Shown in pieces: positions 29,771-45,946 of a DNA stretch of 64,000 nt. The notes under the pieces are model-generated. The model did not search any database, had not been told where the DNA came from, and saw only the letters and a list, made by a program, of their open reading frames with translations. The translations under genes were made by a program, and so were the position numbers. This DNA is from the human T2T-CHM13v2.0 reference genome, Homo sapiens, in assembly GCF_009914755.1 (NCBI RefSeq), contig NC_060934.1; one strand, 5' to 3'. The stretch's first letter is position 1. Each line of letters starts with the position of its first letter.

Positions 29771-32037
29771 AGGCATTATCTTCATCTGTATGGTAAGACT
29801 GGAATCTCAGGCACACCTCTGTTCTAGCTCAAGGAAAAGGGAAAGAGAGGAAGTCCAGGTCAATCAATTTTCTTTTAAGCCAGTGAGGTGTAAAGGCAAA
29901 CACCACTTCTGTTACATCCAGTTGATGACCACTTTGTCATAGCCACACCCAGCCACAAAGTCAGCTGCCAGCTGTAGCCTCTAGCAGATGTCCGTTGCAC
30001 AGGAAGAAGGGAAGAACTGATCTTGAGGGCACAACTGACCATAATCCCACCAAAGGAAACAGGACATCCTAAGATGGCCGCTGAAATCACTACCCTTGCT
30101 GATGGAAACTCACATCTCTGAGCCTTTGGCAAGGGCTTTAATAAATTCTCCTTCTAGAAATGACTTCCTGCAGCCTGCTGTTAATTATCCTGGTTGGAGG
30201 AGGACAGAGTGAGGAGAACTTAAAGATAAAATACATGTAAAATGCCTTAGGAACTTTAAAGCACTGTCTAAGTCCAAAGGGTACGACACTTCTTGTTCTG
30301 GCGGTGGTGGCTATTTTTATTCTAGAATTTTGAGGTTTGAAAGTCCCATCCCTTCCCTCCTACAGGTTCCACACCAATTGGGAAATAGACACACATGTTG
30401 AAGAGGGGCCCTACATCAGCTTTATTGCTGATAAAGTTGGATCTGAGGAAGTGATTTGAACTTGAGGTCAAAATTGATTGTTCAGTGACTTCCCCCAGCC
30501 ATTGAATGGATTTGCTCATTCACTCAGGGCAAAGATGACCTGTCCTAGTCTCAGAGTCCATTTCCTCCTCTCTAAAATGGGAATAACAATGGCATCTATG
30601 GCACTACTGACTTACTCAAGATGCATACCATTCTTTCCAGTAGAGGCTGGAAATTTAAGTACTGTATTTCCCAGTCTCCTTAGCTGTTAGGATTCTGGAT
30701 GCAAATTAGATTAGATTCTAGACAACAAATGCAATTAGGTTTTGGATTCAAAGTAGATGTCTTTCTGCAAGATTTGGAAAGCAGAAGTGCAGTAAAGATG
30801 TTTTTCCCATCCCTTTGGGACATTTCTCTGCTGGCAAGCGGGGTCACAGAGGTAAGGTGCTTCTTCAGGACTGTGCTTCAAGACACAAGACATGTTCTCC
30901 AGCCTCCTGACTGCGCTGCCGCTGCCGCTGCCGCTACCGCTGCGTGTCCTCGTAAACTCAGTGGTTCCAGCGCCAGCCTCTGAGGTAGCAGCTCTCCTGG
31001 AGAACCAGGTCTGCACTGTTCTGGGTGTCGAGCCTGCAGGACCAGCTGAGAACCTGCTCCTTTGGGCTTTGCAGTGTTTGAAAGCACATAGTATCCCATT
31101 TTAAATCCCTTCCTGCTGAAACACCCAGAGTAGATTATTTCCTCTACTGAGGTCTGATGCATTCAATTCTTCATTTACTGTGAAGATTAAATGAGATAAT
31201 GCATGTGGAGCACTAGCATATCTCCTGGCACCCAGTATGTGTTCAATAAGTGGTAGCTGTGGCTTGTGCTTGTCATGGTAATAAATTGTTTACTTGTGAC
31301 CTAAGTTATTAAGATCATGTCAGGGTTTTCAGGCAAGCCGCAAATGTCTTTGATCCATATTATGACAAAACCATACCTACTCAGTTTTTTCTTAGGATAC
31401 TTTTGAAACACAACCAACAAACACATAATGAGTGCAGGCCACCATGCTGGCAAAAGTAATGAATGAGCAATCATGTATTTGGACTTCGGATATGCTAGTC
31501 CTTGTGCTAAGCAAGTTAAGACAAGCTTTTGAGATGGGTGTCATCATAGCTATTTTACAGAAAGAGATACAAGCTCAGAGAGGCTAAGCAATTTGCCCAA
31601 GGCTGCACAGCTAGGTAGTGGCAGAGCCTGGTCTTGGAGGCCAGGTCTTCTTTCTTCTCATTCCACCACAACAGCCTTTTGGAGTTTTTGCATGGGTTGT
31701 TCGTTCTGGTTTTTGGTTTGGTTTTTGGATAAAAATCAAGTGTCATTTTTCAGGGCCTATGTGGCAGGCATCCCAGATTTCCATCTTATGAATGGCCCTG
31801 AGGAGCCTGTACATTGCAGCCTCATCTTCCTCTCAGATGGTGGAGACAGAAAGCCTTGAGCAGCACTGTGCTCAATCTGGTGACAGATGGTGGTCAAGGC
31901 TAGACGTTCTCCTCTGGGAAGTCTGAGGGACTGGTGAGCCCTTGGAGCAGGCCCAATGCTGGCCTTGGGCCTGGCCTGAGGGGAACCACCGCCATAGAGG
32001 AGGCACAGTTCCACGGCTTACATAGGATCAAAAAAAC

Positions 32038-32336
32038 TTTTTATTCTTATTTTCTCGAGATGGAGTCTCACTCCGTCACTCAGGCTAGAGTGCAGTGGCG
32101 CGATCTCGGCTGACTGCAAGCTCCGCCTCCCGGGTTCACACCATTCTCCTGCCTCAGCCTCCTGAGTAGCTGGGACTACAGGCACCCGCCACCACGCCCG
32201 GCTAATTTTTGTATTTTTAGTAGAGACGGGGTTTCACTGTGTTAGCCAGGATGGTCTCGATCTCCTGATATCATGATCTGCCCACCTCAGCCTCCCAAAG
32301 TGCTGGGATTACATACGTGAACCACCACGCCTGGCC
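32038..32336 (-). mobile_element. Alu (Y-like)
   Basis: AluY diagnostics GCAAGCTCCGCCTCCCGGGTTCACACCATT and TTAGCCAGGATGG; TSD GATCAAA. Confidence 0.95.
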
Positions 32337-32389
32337 AGATCAAAGAACTTTCTAACTTCTCCCTAATAAACACAGGCAGGGTTCTGGAG

Positions 32390-32893
32390 CAGGGGTCCCC
32401 AACCCCCAGGCAATGGACTGGTACTGTTAGGAACAGGGCGCAGGGGGTGAGCAGCGGGTGAGCAAGCAAAGCTTTGTCTCCATCTACAGCCACTCCCCAT
32501 TGCTCACATTACTGCCTGAGCTCTGCCTCCTGTCAGGTCAGAGGTGGCATTACATTCTCATAGGAGCACAAACCCTATTGTGAACTGTGCATGCAAGGGA
32601 TCTAGGTTGCCTGCTCCTTATGAGAATCTAATGCCTGGTGATCTGTCACTATCTCCCATCACCCCCAGATGGGACTGTCTAGTTGCAGGAAAACAAGCTC
32701 AGGGCTCCCACTGATTCTACATTATAAGTTGTATAACTATTTCATCATATATTACAATGTAATATTAATAGAAATAAAGGGCACAATGAATGTAACATGC
32801 TTGAATCATCCCAAAACCATCCCCTCTGTGGCCCATGGGAAAATTTTCTTCCACGAAACTGGTCCCTGGTGCCAAAAACGTTGGGAGCCACTG
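32390..32893 (+). mobile_element. MER1A (hAT-Charlie) DNA transposon, full length
   Basis: TIRs CAGGGGTCCCCAAC...GTTGGGAGCCACTG; degenerate 8-bp TSD TTCTGGAG / TTTGGGAG. Confidence 0.85.
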
Positions 32894-34544
32894 TTTGGGA
32901 GGATAAGTCAGAGCCTGGGTCTAGGAAAGGAAACAATTGATCAACTGATTTGGTTTGGGGCCTTTCTGTTGCTTTCACTGAGGGGTATTAGAAGACTAGG
33001 GGTTTCCTGGAAAACCTTTGTTTGGGACCAACCAACTTCTTGGTACAAAATGATCTTTCAAGCTAAGTCAGATCAAGGAGGAGCTGTACAGCCATGAGTA
33101 AGTAGGATGTTGGAAGGACAGAAAGGAACAGAGTTTCTGGGTAATCTCCCCAGCGTACGCTTCTGCTGTTTACTGGCCATGTGACCTTGGGCAAGTTACT
33201 TAACCTCTCTGAGCCTCAATCTCTTCATCAGTAAAATGGAAATAATAACTTCCTTAGCAAGGTAGAAAATTACATCATACATGTAAAGTGTTTAGCTTAG
33301 AACACTCTCAAAATGTGCTAGCAATAAAATTGATGGGTTATGGTTTCAGCCAAGGACCCCACTGGACCAGTGGTTCTCATCCTTGACTGCTCATCAAGGC
33401 TACCTTAGGAAGCTTCAAAGGCTACCACAGCCAGGTGCCCACATGGACCAAATTAAATCAGTGACTGCAACGTTAGTCACTGCTGATGACTTAATGAGGC
33501 AATCATCCATCTGGATTGAGAAAGAAAGGGTGGCTTTGAAGTCAGACCTCAGTTGAAAGCCCGGTTCTAATGCACAACAAAACAGTAAACATGGGCAAGG
33601 TCCCACACCATCTGGCCTTGCCTATCTACCCAATCTCAACTAACACTGTCTCTTCTGTGTTCCAGAGCTTTCTGTTCACTCCTGCAATGCATCTACATCC
33701 CCTTTCCTTCTTGCCTCGGTGCAGTTGCACCTGCTGTTTCCTCTGCCTAGCATGCTCTTCCCTTTGCCCTCCACCCAGTGTTGCAGGAAGCTCCTCCTCA
33801 TTCTTCAGATTCCAGCTGAATTGTTCTTCCTCAAAGGAGCCTTCTCTTAACTCCCTCCTTAAAACTACATCAAATCTCCCTGTGTAGAGATTGCTAGTTT
33901 CCTCTCAAATATCAGGTCTTCCCTGGTAATACAAGTTTTATCTGGGCACATGGCTTTATGCAAGTAAAAACTACATTTCCCAGCTGCGCTTGCAGCAGGA
34001 AGTAGCCATGTGACCAGAATCAGGCAAAGGAAAAAGTAATATGTGCAGTTTCTGGGTCCTGCCTTAGAAGGAAAGGTGTTTGCCCTTTACTTCCTCTTTC
34101 CCTTTTCCCACTGGCTAGACTTAGACCTGACAGTGGTAGTCAGCTTGTTGAGGGTGGCAAAACAATAGAATGAATGTGGCTTGCATGAAGCAGAGCCAGT
34201 CAGCCAGGCCTGGGCCACTTATGAGACTATTACGTGAAAAAAGAATAGCATTCTTATTTTTATTATTTCGATCAATGTTATGGCAGCTGAAAAGTTATCC
34301 TTGGTAATATGTAGCATATTTTTTTTGCCATGATAGCATCCTATACTTCCTTATACCCAGCTCATCAAAAATTTATTACTTGCTTTCTATGTGTTAGGAT
34401 ATCTTACACTCTTTAAATCACGTAATTGCTTTTTATACATATTTAATTAACGTTCATCTTCTCCATTAAACTGTGAACTCCTTAAGAGTAGAGACTGTAT
34501 CTGCTTTATTCACCTTTCTAGCTTTAGCACTTATCACATGTCTG

Positions 34545-35090
34545 AAATCAAGATGCATTTTTATAACCTGCACTGCCAGGCAGCAGCAAGGACTTTGTCG
34601 TCACTTCCCATGTGCACAAACTGAGTCACAGTTGTTCACACTTTGTCACTTCATTTGAGTTATGTCCACTGTTGATAATACATGCCAGAAAATATAAGTG
34701 ACATGAGGAGAAGTTGCTAATACTCTCAGAACAAAGGAAAGAAATTTCAACTTAAAAGAGTCTGGTGTGACCAATTTATGTATTGTGTTGGGTTAACAGT
34801 TAGGATGCTAAACTTCAATTTGTCATAAATTTCTTGCTGTCTTGAAACAGACGCTGAGGAACTTCCAGTAAAATTTGATTTTGATTCAATTGAAGAAAAA
34901 AATGAAAGAATTCAGTCAAATTCTTATCAAAATTTGTGGCATGTGTCTGCAACATGGCAAAAAACCTAGAAACCACAGTAGAGCACTCTTTAAGACACAC
35001 TATGGCACAGATGCTCTTCATGATGCAGAGAATGAGACTGTGTGGAAAAACATGGGCATCTGTGACTCTGATGCAGAAGCTGACTCATGG
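34545..35090 (+). mobile_element. Ancient Tc1/mariner-pogo-type DNA transposon fragment
   Basis: GAGCACTCTTTAAGA...GATGCTCTTCATGATGCAGAGAATGAGACTGTGTGGAAAAAC resembles the pogo-like transposase C-terminus; family uncertain. Confidence 0.45.
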
Positions 35091-35880
35091 ACTTGTGCTC
35101 TGGTAGCCAGGAGAAAGTAGCAAGAAGCCAGCACTCCTGCTGCAGCAACTTAAAAAAAAGACAAATAGCAAAAATCGTATTTAAAAAAAATTAGAGAGTT
35201 GTGGAAACAAGGAGAAGATAAAATTTCCAGAGTGGAAACAGCCCTCCCTAGGTAAGCTGGTTGGCACCGGGCCTCTTCTTCCCTTTGGGTATTTGGTCAT
35301 CTGGGAATGGCTGTAGGATTGGGATATGGCCTATGCAGAGACTTTGCTTGGGGAAAGAGAAAGCAAGAGAGCTTTCATTGGTTATTTTGGGGCTAGCACG
35401 ACAAATTAGAAACTAAAGGACACCAAACATGAGGCTGACTTTCTCACATGGAAAGCTTGATATATTTTAGGGTGATGTGACAGACTGGGAAGCTGGGTTA
35501 GATAGAAAGGTAGAGTAAAATCCCATTGTGCTTAGAAGATGAAGTCTTGCTAGAGAGAAGAGTTATATCCCAAATATATGGAAAGTCTCCCCCTGAAGAT
35601 GTTTGCCATATGTTGAGTCTACGTATGGCAAGAGACTAAGGGCTAAGAGATCCTCTAAAAAGAAAATATTTCATAACTGAGAAGAGAGACAGCTGCCAAT
35701 CTCTCACCCAAAGTACTATTCAAGGGGATAATGCTTGAGGGACCAGAAAAATTGCAAAGATAATAGGACTTAATAAAATTGCAACCTTCCCCAGTTCAAT
35801 CTATAATTGAGGTCATCAGTACTTCACCTTATCTTCCAGTAAAAGGAAGGAGGGACTTTAACTGATTAAAGATGTCATCT

Positions 35881-36211
<331 letters not shown>

Positions 36212-36480
36212 CTACTATTGTTCTTGTGTACTTAATGTCCAGCACACAATAAAAAATTAATAGACATACAGAGATGCAGATAAATGTGACCCTAATCAAA
36301 TGGCAGTGGGTGGGCATGGGGGCAAAAAGTAGACCCACAGATGAGCCAGATGTTAGAGTTAACAGACAAGTACTTAAATAGTTGTAAGTGAGATGTAAAA
36401 TAAAATGGAGGAAAACATTGACAAAGGGATGAATGAACAGTTTTAACAGATAATCTGTCAAAGGGTCTATAAAAGAGAAT

Positions 36481-36739
<259 letters not shown>

Positions 36740-36799
36740 TCAAAAGGATATTTTAGATTTCAAAATTAAAATACATGAAATTTAAAACTTACTGGATTC

Positions 36800-37562
<763 letters not shown>

Positions 37563-37574
37563 TTTCTCCTTCTT

Positions 37575-37976
37575 TCCTTTTTTTTTTTTTTTTTTTTTGA
37601 GACGGAGTTTCACTCTTATTGCCCAGGCTGGTTCAAGCGCTTCTCCTGCCTCAGCCTCCGGAGTAGCTGGGATTACAGGCCTGTGCCATCATGCCGGCTA
37701 ATTTTGTATTTTTAGTAGAGACAGGGTTTCTCCATGTTGTTTCTCAGTTCACCACAACCTCTGCCTCCTGGGTTCAAGCGATTCTCCTGCCTCAGCCTCC
37801 TGAGTAGCTAGGATTACAGGTGCCCACCACCACGCCCAGCTAGTTTTTGTATTTTTGGTAGAGATGGGGTTTCACCATGTTGGCCAGGCAAGTCTCGAAC
37901 TCCTGATCTCAGGTGATCCACCCGCCTCAGCCTCCCAAACTGCTGGGATTACAGGCATGAGCCACCATGGCCAGCC
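37575..37976 (-). mobile_element. Rearranged composite of two partial Alus
   Basis: The first Alu has an internal deletion and is fused at ~37740 to a second Alu that lacks its tail end. Confidence 0.85.
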
Positions 37977-38404
37977 GTGCAAGACCATCTTTTTCTGAAA
38001 GAATTGTCCTTTGCCCATAGCCCCTACATAGCAGGCCACATGACTCTTGCCAGAGCAAAGCCAATGGGGCCAGAGGAGGAGCCCCTACCCAAGAGGTGCC
38101 CATCTGGGGGCTGAGTATGTGGGCTGAGTCAAACAAACAAGCTTTGGAGGCCTGGCTTTCACCCCTGCTCTCTCTCTAGCAACCTTTTTATATTAAGACT
38201 TTATTTCTTCAATTCCCACACTCTCTCCTAAAGTGATTAAACCTGTAGGCCATGAATAGAAAGTTGGCCATACAACTGGATTGTAACACAGCAATTGGAT
38301 TTTAGGTACCAGTGCTGTGTTCGTGTAGGAGTGTAATTGGCTTCTCATTATTCTTAAAAGAGTTGGTGGGTACTTTGTGACCAAGTAGCCCACCTCCGAA
38401 TGCC

Positions 38405-38416
38405 AGAGAGAGAGAC

Positions 38417-38496
<80 letters not shown>

Positions 38497-38540
38497 AGAG
38501 CGAGAGCCAGAGTGTGAGAGCATGAGCCAGAGCATGAGAG
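38405..38540. repeat. (GA)n microsatellite with degenerate extension
   Basis: About 87 bp of GA repeat with two GACA interruptions, followed by GAGC-type variant units. Confidence 0.95.
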
Positions 38541-39206
38541 CAGGTGGTCATCAGTTAAGCAGCCAACAAGCACTTCCAAGGCCTACTGGGAGCCAGGTGA
38601 TATGAGGGTACTAAAGGTCCCCCACGGTCCCATGGAAGGAAAGGATGTAGATAGATGAATTCCTATACTTAAATATGGGTGCTGGCTGAATTACAAAGTA
38701 AGATGCAAACCCTCTGTGCCTTGTGGAGTCAGAAGAAAGATGCCACAAGCTGGCACAGCCCATGCAGGGCTCATAAAAAAAGGAGCTCACAGGATGGCAA
38801 AGAGAAGTAGAATAATGGCCAGCTGACTCTTGTATACTTGAGACAAGACTGGAATGTTTCAATAAAAACTGAAACTGGGAAACAGACACACTGAGTTATA
38901 CACAACTAGATAATCTGGCTAATGTGCTGGAGTTCACTCACCTTCAGCTTGTGTCTCATCACAGTGTCCCTCCCTCCCAGCTCCCTTTCCAGATGCATGA
39001 CATTGTGATACCCACCATCAAGGAGGCTGGGGACACAGGGCTCTGTTAAGTCATTCTGTACACTATTCTAGATACTCAAAGTATGTTTTTTTAAAAGACT
39101 TAAAATGAGGAGTAAAAATACATTTTCAGACTTTCACCATCTAACATTTTTCTCCATTAACACTGACCTCACATGCATTAAATAACACTTAGAATGCCTT
39201 ACCTAA

Positions 39207-39854
<648 letters not shown>

Positions 39855-39919
39855 TAAGAATTAATTTTTGCCTTGAATCAAGGATCATGGGAGCACACTA
39901 AGCTGTTTTTCAAAAGTAA

Positions 39920-40515
39920 TAGCCAGGAAAGACATACCGTATTCATGGATTGAAAGATTCAACATAGTAAAGATGTTGCATCTGCCCACATTGATCTACA
40001 GATTTAATGTAATCCCTATCAAAATCTCAGCAAGGTTTTATGTATACATAGATAAGACTATTTTTAAATTTATATTGAAAAGCCTTAAAACTGCTAAAAC
40101 AATCTTGAAAACAGAATAAGGCAGGATAAATCACTCTATCTGACATTAAGTCCTACTACACAGCTACAGGAATTAGAAAGTGTGCTATTGGTGAAGGGCT
40201 ATGTGCTATTGATGCATGGGTCAAAGGAACAGAATAGAAAACCCAGAAATAGACCCACACAAATATGTTCAACAGATTTTTCAGAAAGGTGAGAGACCAA
40301 TTCAATGGAGTGAAGATAACCTTCTCAACAAATGAAGCTCGAGCAATCGGGCATCCATAGGTAAAAAAGTGAAGCTTGACCTCACACCTTACCAGAAATT
40401 AACTCAGAATGGATCACTGACTGAAATGTAAAACACAAAACTATAAAACTTTTGAGAAGATGATAGCAGAAAACCTTGGGCATTCAGGGCTAGGCAAAGA
40501 ATTTTTACACTTGAC
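39920..40515 (+). mobile_element. L1 ORF2 fragment
   Basis: TTCATGGATTGAAAGATTCAACATAGTAAAGATG...AGAATAGAAAACCCAGAAATAGACCCAC. Confidence 0.85.
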
Positions 40516-40519
40516 TCAT

Positions 40520-41600
40520 CTGGGAGGCTGGATACAGATGGAGGGTGGGAGCAGGATGTGCAAGGAGATTGGTTTGCTCAAGGCTTGGAGATCTTGCCTT
40601 CTCTTTCTTCAGGGCGGTATAGGTGCAATGAAGCATTTGCCCCTTTCTATTTCAAATGGAAAATTATACAACTACATGTCGTCTTCACTGTTTTCCATCT
40701 CCAGAACTCTAGGCTCTGCAGTGTGAGAATTCTTGGTCCCCAAGGGGGACACGCTCACCTGGAAACCCAGCAAGGGGCACATTGAATACACCTTATGACT
40801 GCTCCCTGGGCACTTTGGGATCCTCGTGTCCAGGAACCAGCAGGTAAGAAAATGGGTGGCCATCTTGTCAGGGGCTGATATGTTTTGGCTGTGTTCCTAC
40901 CCAAATCTCATCTTGAATTGTAATTCCCATAATCCTCATGTGTCATGGGAGGGACCAGATGGAGATAATTGAATCATAAGGTGGTTTCCCCATCCTGTTC
41001 TCATGATAGTTTGTTCTTACAAGATCTGATGGTTTTATAGGGGGCTTCCCCTTTCGCTGGGCACTCACTCATTCTCCTTCCTGCCACCTTGTGAAGAAGG
41101 ATGTGCTTGCTTCCCCTTCCGCCATGATTGTGAGCTTCCTGAGGCCTCCCCAGCCATGCTGAACTGAGAGTCAATTAAACCTCTTTCCTTTATAAATTAC
41201 CCAGTCTTGGGTAGTATCCTTGCAGCAACATGAGAACGGACTAATACAGGCGCAATTGACCTGGTCAGCAGGAGGAGACAGGGCTGCTTTCACACAATGA
41301 GGGCGGAGAATAATAGTGGGGGAGGTCAGGTGACTCACTTGGGTACCTCTTAGTACTTCTTACCCAACTGTCTGTGAGTGGACAAGCACAAGCAGCCACA
41401 ACCTGAAAAGGATATGGTTACCAAGGGCTCAGAATCCGCACCCCCCTCCCACCGGGATGAGGATTAGGGTCATGCCATCAGGTAAGCCATTGAGACCAGT
41501 AGAAGAGGTAGCAGAGGGCAAGGAAAAATTAGAATGGATAGTGAAGGAAGGAGATGATGAGTGTCAGTTGCAGCCTTGAGACTGGTGGCAGTAACGGGCT
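40520..41600 (+). mobile_element. Old ERVL-like internal sequence interrupted by a THE1 LTR
   Basis: GGTTACCAAGGGCTCAGA...GGGTCATGCCATCAGGTAAGCC resembles the ERVL internal 3' region; subfamily uncertain. Confidence 0.5.
40876..41248 (+). mobile_element. THE1-type MaLR solo LTR
   Basis: TGATATGTTTTGGCTGTG...CCAAATCTCATCTTGAATTGTA...GGACTAATACA; 5-bp TSD GGGGC / GGCGC. Confidence 0.9.
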
Positions 41601-41867
41601 GTTTGTTTTACGAACCTCCTTCTTCTAAGCTTGCCTGCAGGGGGTCAATGCAACTTTATAATAGCCATCCAAACTTATTGATCTTGTGTTTATCGCTCCT
41701 TCAATATGTTTCGAATGCGAGTCATTGCACCAGTCAACATGCCATCCCAGCTCACTGCTGGTGACAAGTTTAATAGTTGGGCAGCCACCTTGCACTAAAG
41801 GCTGCCTGTACACCATCTCCTTACCACTTGGGTATTAAGGGACCCAGTCCTCAAACCCCATCTTAGC

Positions 41868-42163
41868 TTTCTTTTTTTTTGAGACAGAGTCTCACTCTGT
41901 TGTTCATCCTGGACTACAGTGGTGTGATGTCAGCTCATTTCAACCTCCGCCTCCCAGGTTCAAGCAATTCTTGTGCCTCAGCCTCCAAGCGTAGCTGGGA
42001 TTACAGGCATGCACCACCATGCCTGGCTAGTTTTTGTATTTTTAGTAGAGACAGGGTTTCACCATGTTGGCCAGGCTGGTCTCAAACTCCTGGCCGCAAG
42101 CAATCCGCTCTCCTCAGCCTCCCAAAATGCTGGGATTAGAGGTGCAAGCCACTGTGCCCGACC
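41868..42163 (-). mobile_element. Alu
   Basis: Antisense dimer; TSD CCCCATCTTAGCTTT. Confidence 0.95.
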
Positions 42164-42625
42164 CCCATCTTAGCTTTTTGAGCAGGCTTTCTCAGACCAC
42201 TTCTGGTGCCAACTACTGTTGAATCCTCTGGGAAGCAGACACCAAGATAGAGTCACAATTGCAAAAGCTTTTTTGGGAAGACTTGTAAAATGAAAATGAA
42301 GGAAGCAGATGGAACAGGGAAAGCCTCTGGATCATAACACAGACTGACAAGTTCTCTCTGTAGACCAAAGGGCCACTCTGGAACAGGCTCAAGTTGGAGG
42401 AGTCCTGTATTGGGCAGAAATGAATAGGCCCTTGGGTCCCCACCTTGCTTAGTCAGTGGGCACAGGCTTCTCCAAGAAGAGGGCTTGAAACCGGTGGCAA
42501 ACCCTCAGAGAACAAAAGGGGCTGTCATGAACCATGCTCATCAAAGCTGCACAGCGAGTCCTTTCTAGAAGAGGGATCTGAACCTGCATGCATCTCCACA
42601 GCTGCCATCTGAGGCACTTTTTATC

Positions 42626-43234
42626 CCCACTGGTTGTCAAATGATCCTTTATTGAAATATTTTCCTTTGTGCTTAACAAGCTGAGCATTCCACTGCACCA
42701 CTGTTGATGTCATGAGGGTGGTGACCATCAACATTGCAGCCCACAGATGGTGCAGTCCCCGGGATCTTTTTAATTGTTCCAGAGAGTTCCCTAACTAAAG
42801 ATTGGAGCTGCATCTGTCAGGCAATGTTGACATTCTCATCAAATGATATTTTCATTGGGTTTAATGTTTTTCTGTTTCTTTCTGTCTCCTGGAGGTTCCT
42901 TGAGGGCTTTGATGATCAGGGCAGAGGCAGAAGGTACTACCTCAATCTATGCCTGCCTGTTCTGAATGGTTTCACTGTAATCCTCAGATCCTTCAAATCA
43001 CCGGTTGCCCTAACGATGTCATTACCAATGTGTTTTGGAGACAGACACAGGGGTTTGATCTTAGGGGCCAGCACAGATGTGGCACCAACATCATTCCCGG
43101 TGCATCTCAGACTTTAATCTCGTTGGGGTCAAACTTAGGCTGTATGGTGGAGGTAGGTGGTGTTGGATGAACCTGGATTCAGGACCACCAAAGAAAGTTG
43201 CACATTGGTCTACTCTGAGCTGAAAATTGAAAGG
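42626..43234 (-). pseudogene. Processed RPL12 (ribosomal protein uL11) pseudogene
   Basis: The minus strand shows an RPL12-like 5'UTR and a start codon mutated to ATA (43145-43143). It then encodes [47 protein letters not shown] and DINSGAVEC with frameshifting deletions. TAA at 42675-42673, AATAAA at 42653-42648, no introns, degenerate 16-bp flanking direct repeats. Possibly the locus catalogued as RPL12P26 (unverified). Confidence 0.93.
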
Positions 43235-43939
43235 TGGGGCACCTTTTCTCATGGCAGACACAGGCATAGCTAAGCAAGTCCAAATGCACAAGCACAGGCC
43301 TAGCCCCTGCTTGCATCACATCTGCTAATGCCCAGCTGTCTGGAGCAAGTGAGATGACCTACCCTAAAGCCAAGTTCAAGGAAGTACACTCTGCCCACCG
43401 TGAGGCCCCAGCAAGGGGGGGTATGCAGCAGGGGAGTGAAGAATTGGGACCAATAATTAGATCCACACAGGATAAAGGTCCTTTGGAAACCATTGAGCTC
43501 TGGCCGCATTAGTTACTATGGTTACTGTTACTATTATAGGTTACTACTATTATCACCTGTCCAGAAGACCAGGTACCCTAAGCCAAGTTGTGTCACAGAC
43601 AGCTCTCAGGAAAGAATCACTTGACTAAACGCCAAAGATCAGGTTTGGGATCTGCAATTCAAAACTGCAGTTTGGGCATAGAAAAGATTAAACGTAGCAC
43701 AAAACAACAACCACACTATCCTCCCAAAGCCCCTTCCAGGCAGCTCCAGGGCCGGCCCAGCGGATCAATAGCAATCTGGGGTGCTAGGGAGGGCGCCATC
43801 TGAGTAGTTCGGAAGAACTGAACATGATGAGTTGCCGGCTGCTTCCTGAGTCCTTGGGGAAGCACACGCACCATCCACTTAGCACTGGAGCCTGGCTGTT
43901 CTCCGGGCACTCCTACCCCATCTTCCTGGCGGGGCTTAG

Positions 43940-44344
<405 letters not shown>

Positions 44345-45537
44345 TAAGCGAGTAACTTCTTTCTGAACCTCTGTTTTCTCCTCTGAAAAGTGGGGAGACT
44401 AACTGCCTCTCAGGGTTGCTGTGAAGAATGCAGGAAAGGCCCTGAGCACCCTGAGGTGCTCAGGAAAGACCAGCTCCCCTTCCTGTGCCTCAGCACCCAG
44501 CCCCATCCAGACCAGTGGCCTCAGGGGACGATGGATTACTGGGAATTTGGTGGGGTGGGGTGCATGGGTAAGCAAATCTGGGGCTGGGGTTGGGGGGCTA
44601 GCTTGCTTTTCAGAACTATGTCTGCCTGACCCAGGATTCAGTTTGCAGGGATGAGAATTTAGGGAACAACCCAAATTGGATTTAAATTCCAGCAGGAGCA
44701 CCTGCCACCCACGCCCCCACTTCCTGTTTCAAACTCCTTTTCTGCTGTCTGGCTCAGCGGAGTGGGGAGGTGTTGTGAGAAGACCTGGGGGGAGGGGTGG
44801 GGGTCCTGGCTGTTGTCCTGGCTGCTCTCCCAGCTTGCTCTGCAATCCGTGGAGGCAAAGCTTTGTTCTCTCTGGGTCTCAGTCTGCGGGAGAGAAGGGG
44901 ACCCCCAATCTCAGACTTGGTGGTCACAGGGACCCTGTGAGAAGCAGAGGAGACAAGGAACATTCTGGCTCTTGGAAGACAGAAGTCACTTTATAGTGTC
45001 CTCATTGCATTTTCTTCATATTTAGTCACTTGTTTCTACTCTGCTGTGTTCCTCGAAGGAAGCTTGTTATTGTATTCAACAGAGCAAGATAAAACAAGGG
45101 AGAGTAGATAAATGAAAAACAAAGGAAAACCAGACACTAAAAGTCAGGAGAAGAATGGGGTGCAGGGAGCCCCTCCCCTCCCACTCTGGTGTGGGGGCTC
45201 CTTCCACAGCCCAGACCTTGATTTGGGAACAGGTGCAGCTCCCAGAGACAAGAGGCCAGTCCAGGGAGGCAGAGTCTCCTGTCTGTGGAGGGTCCCACTC
45301 CCTGCATCCTTGCCAGACAGACGCCAGCCTGCTCAGTGGACCTGGGAGATTGCTGCCAAAGGGACACTGCACCATCGCAGGGCCTAGACTACCAGCAAGT
45401 TCAAGGCTCTCTAAGCCAGCAACACATCAGAATCAACCAGGGAGACTGCCTAGAGTACACATCCCCAGGCTCTTCTCCAAACCCACTTAATCAGGATCTC
45501 CAGGGCTGGGCTGGGAATCTTAAAGTTTCAAGGATAA

Positions 45538-45946
<409 letters not shown>

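Noticed and set aside
30914-30944. (GCTGCC)n run giving poly-Ala or GSGSGS translations
   Set aside because: Short microsatellite in repeat-like intergenic DNA, with no coding context.
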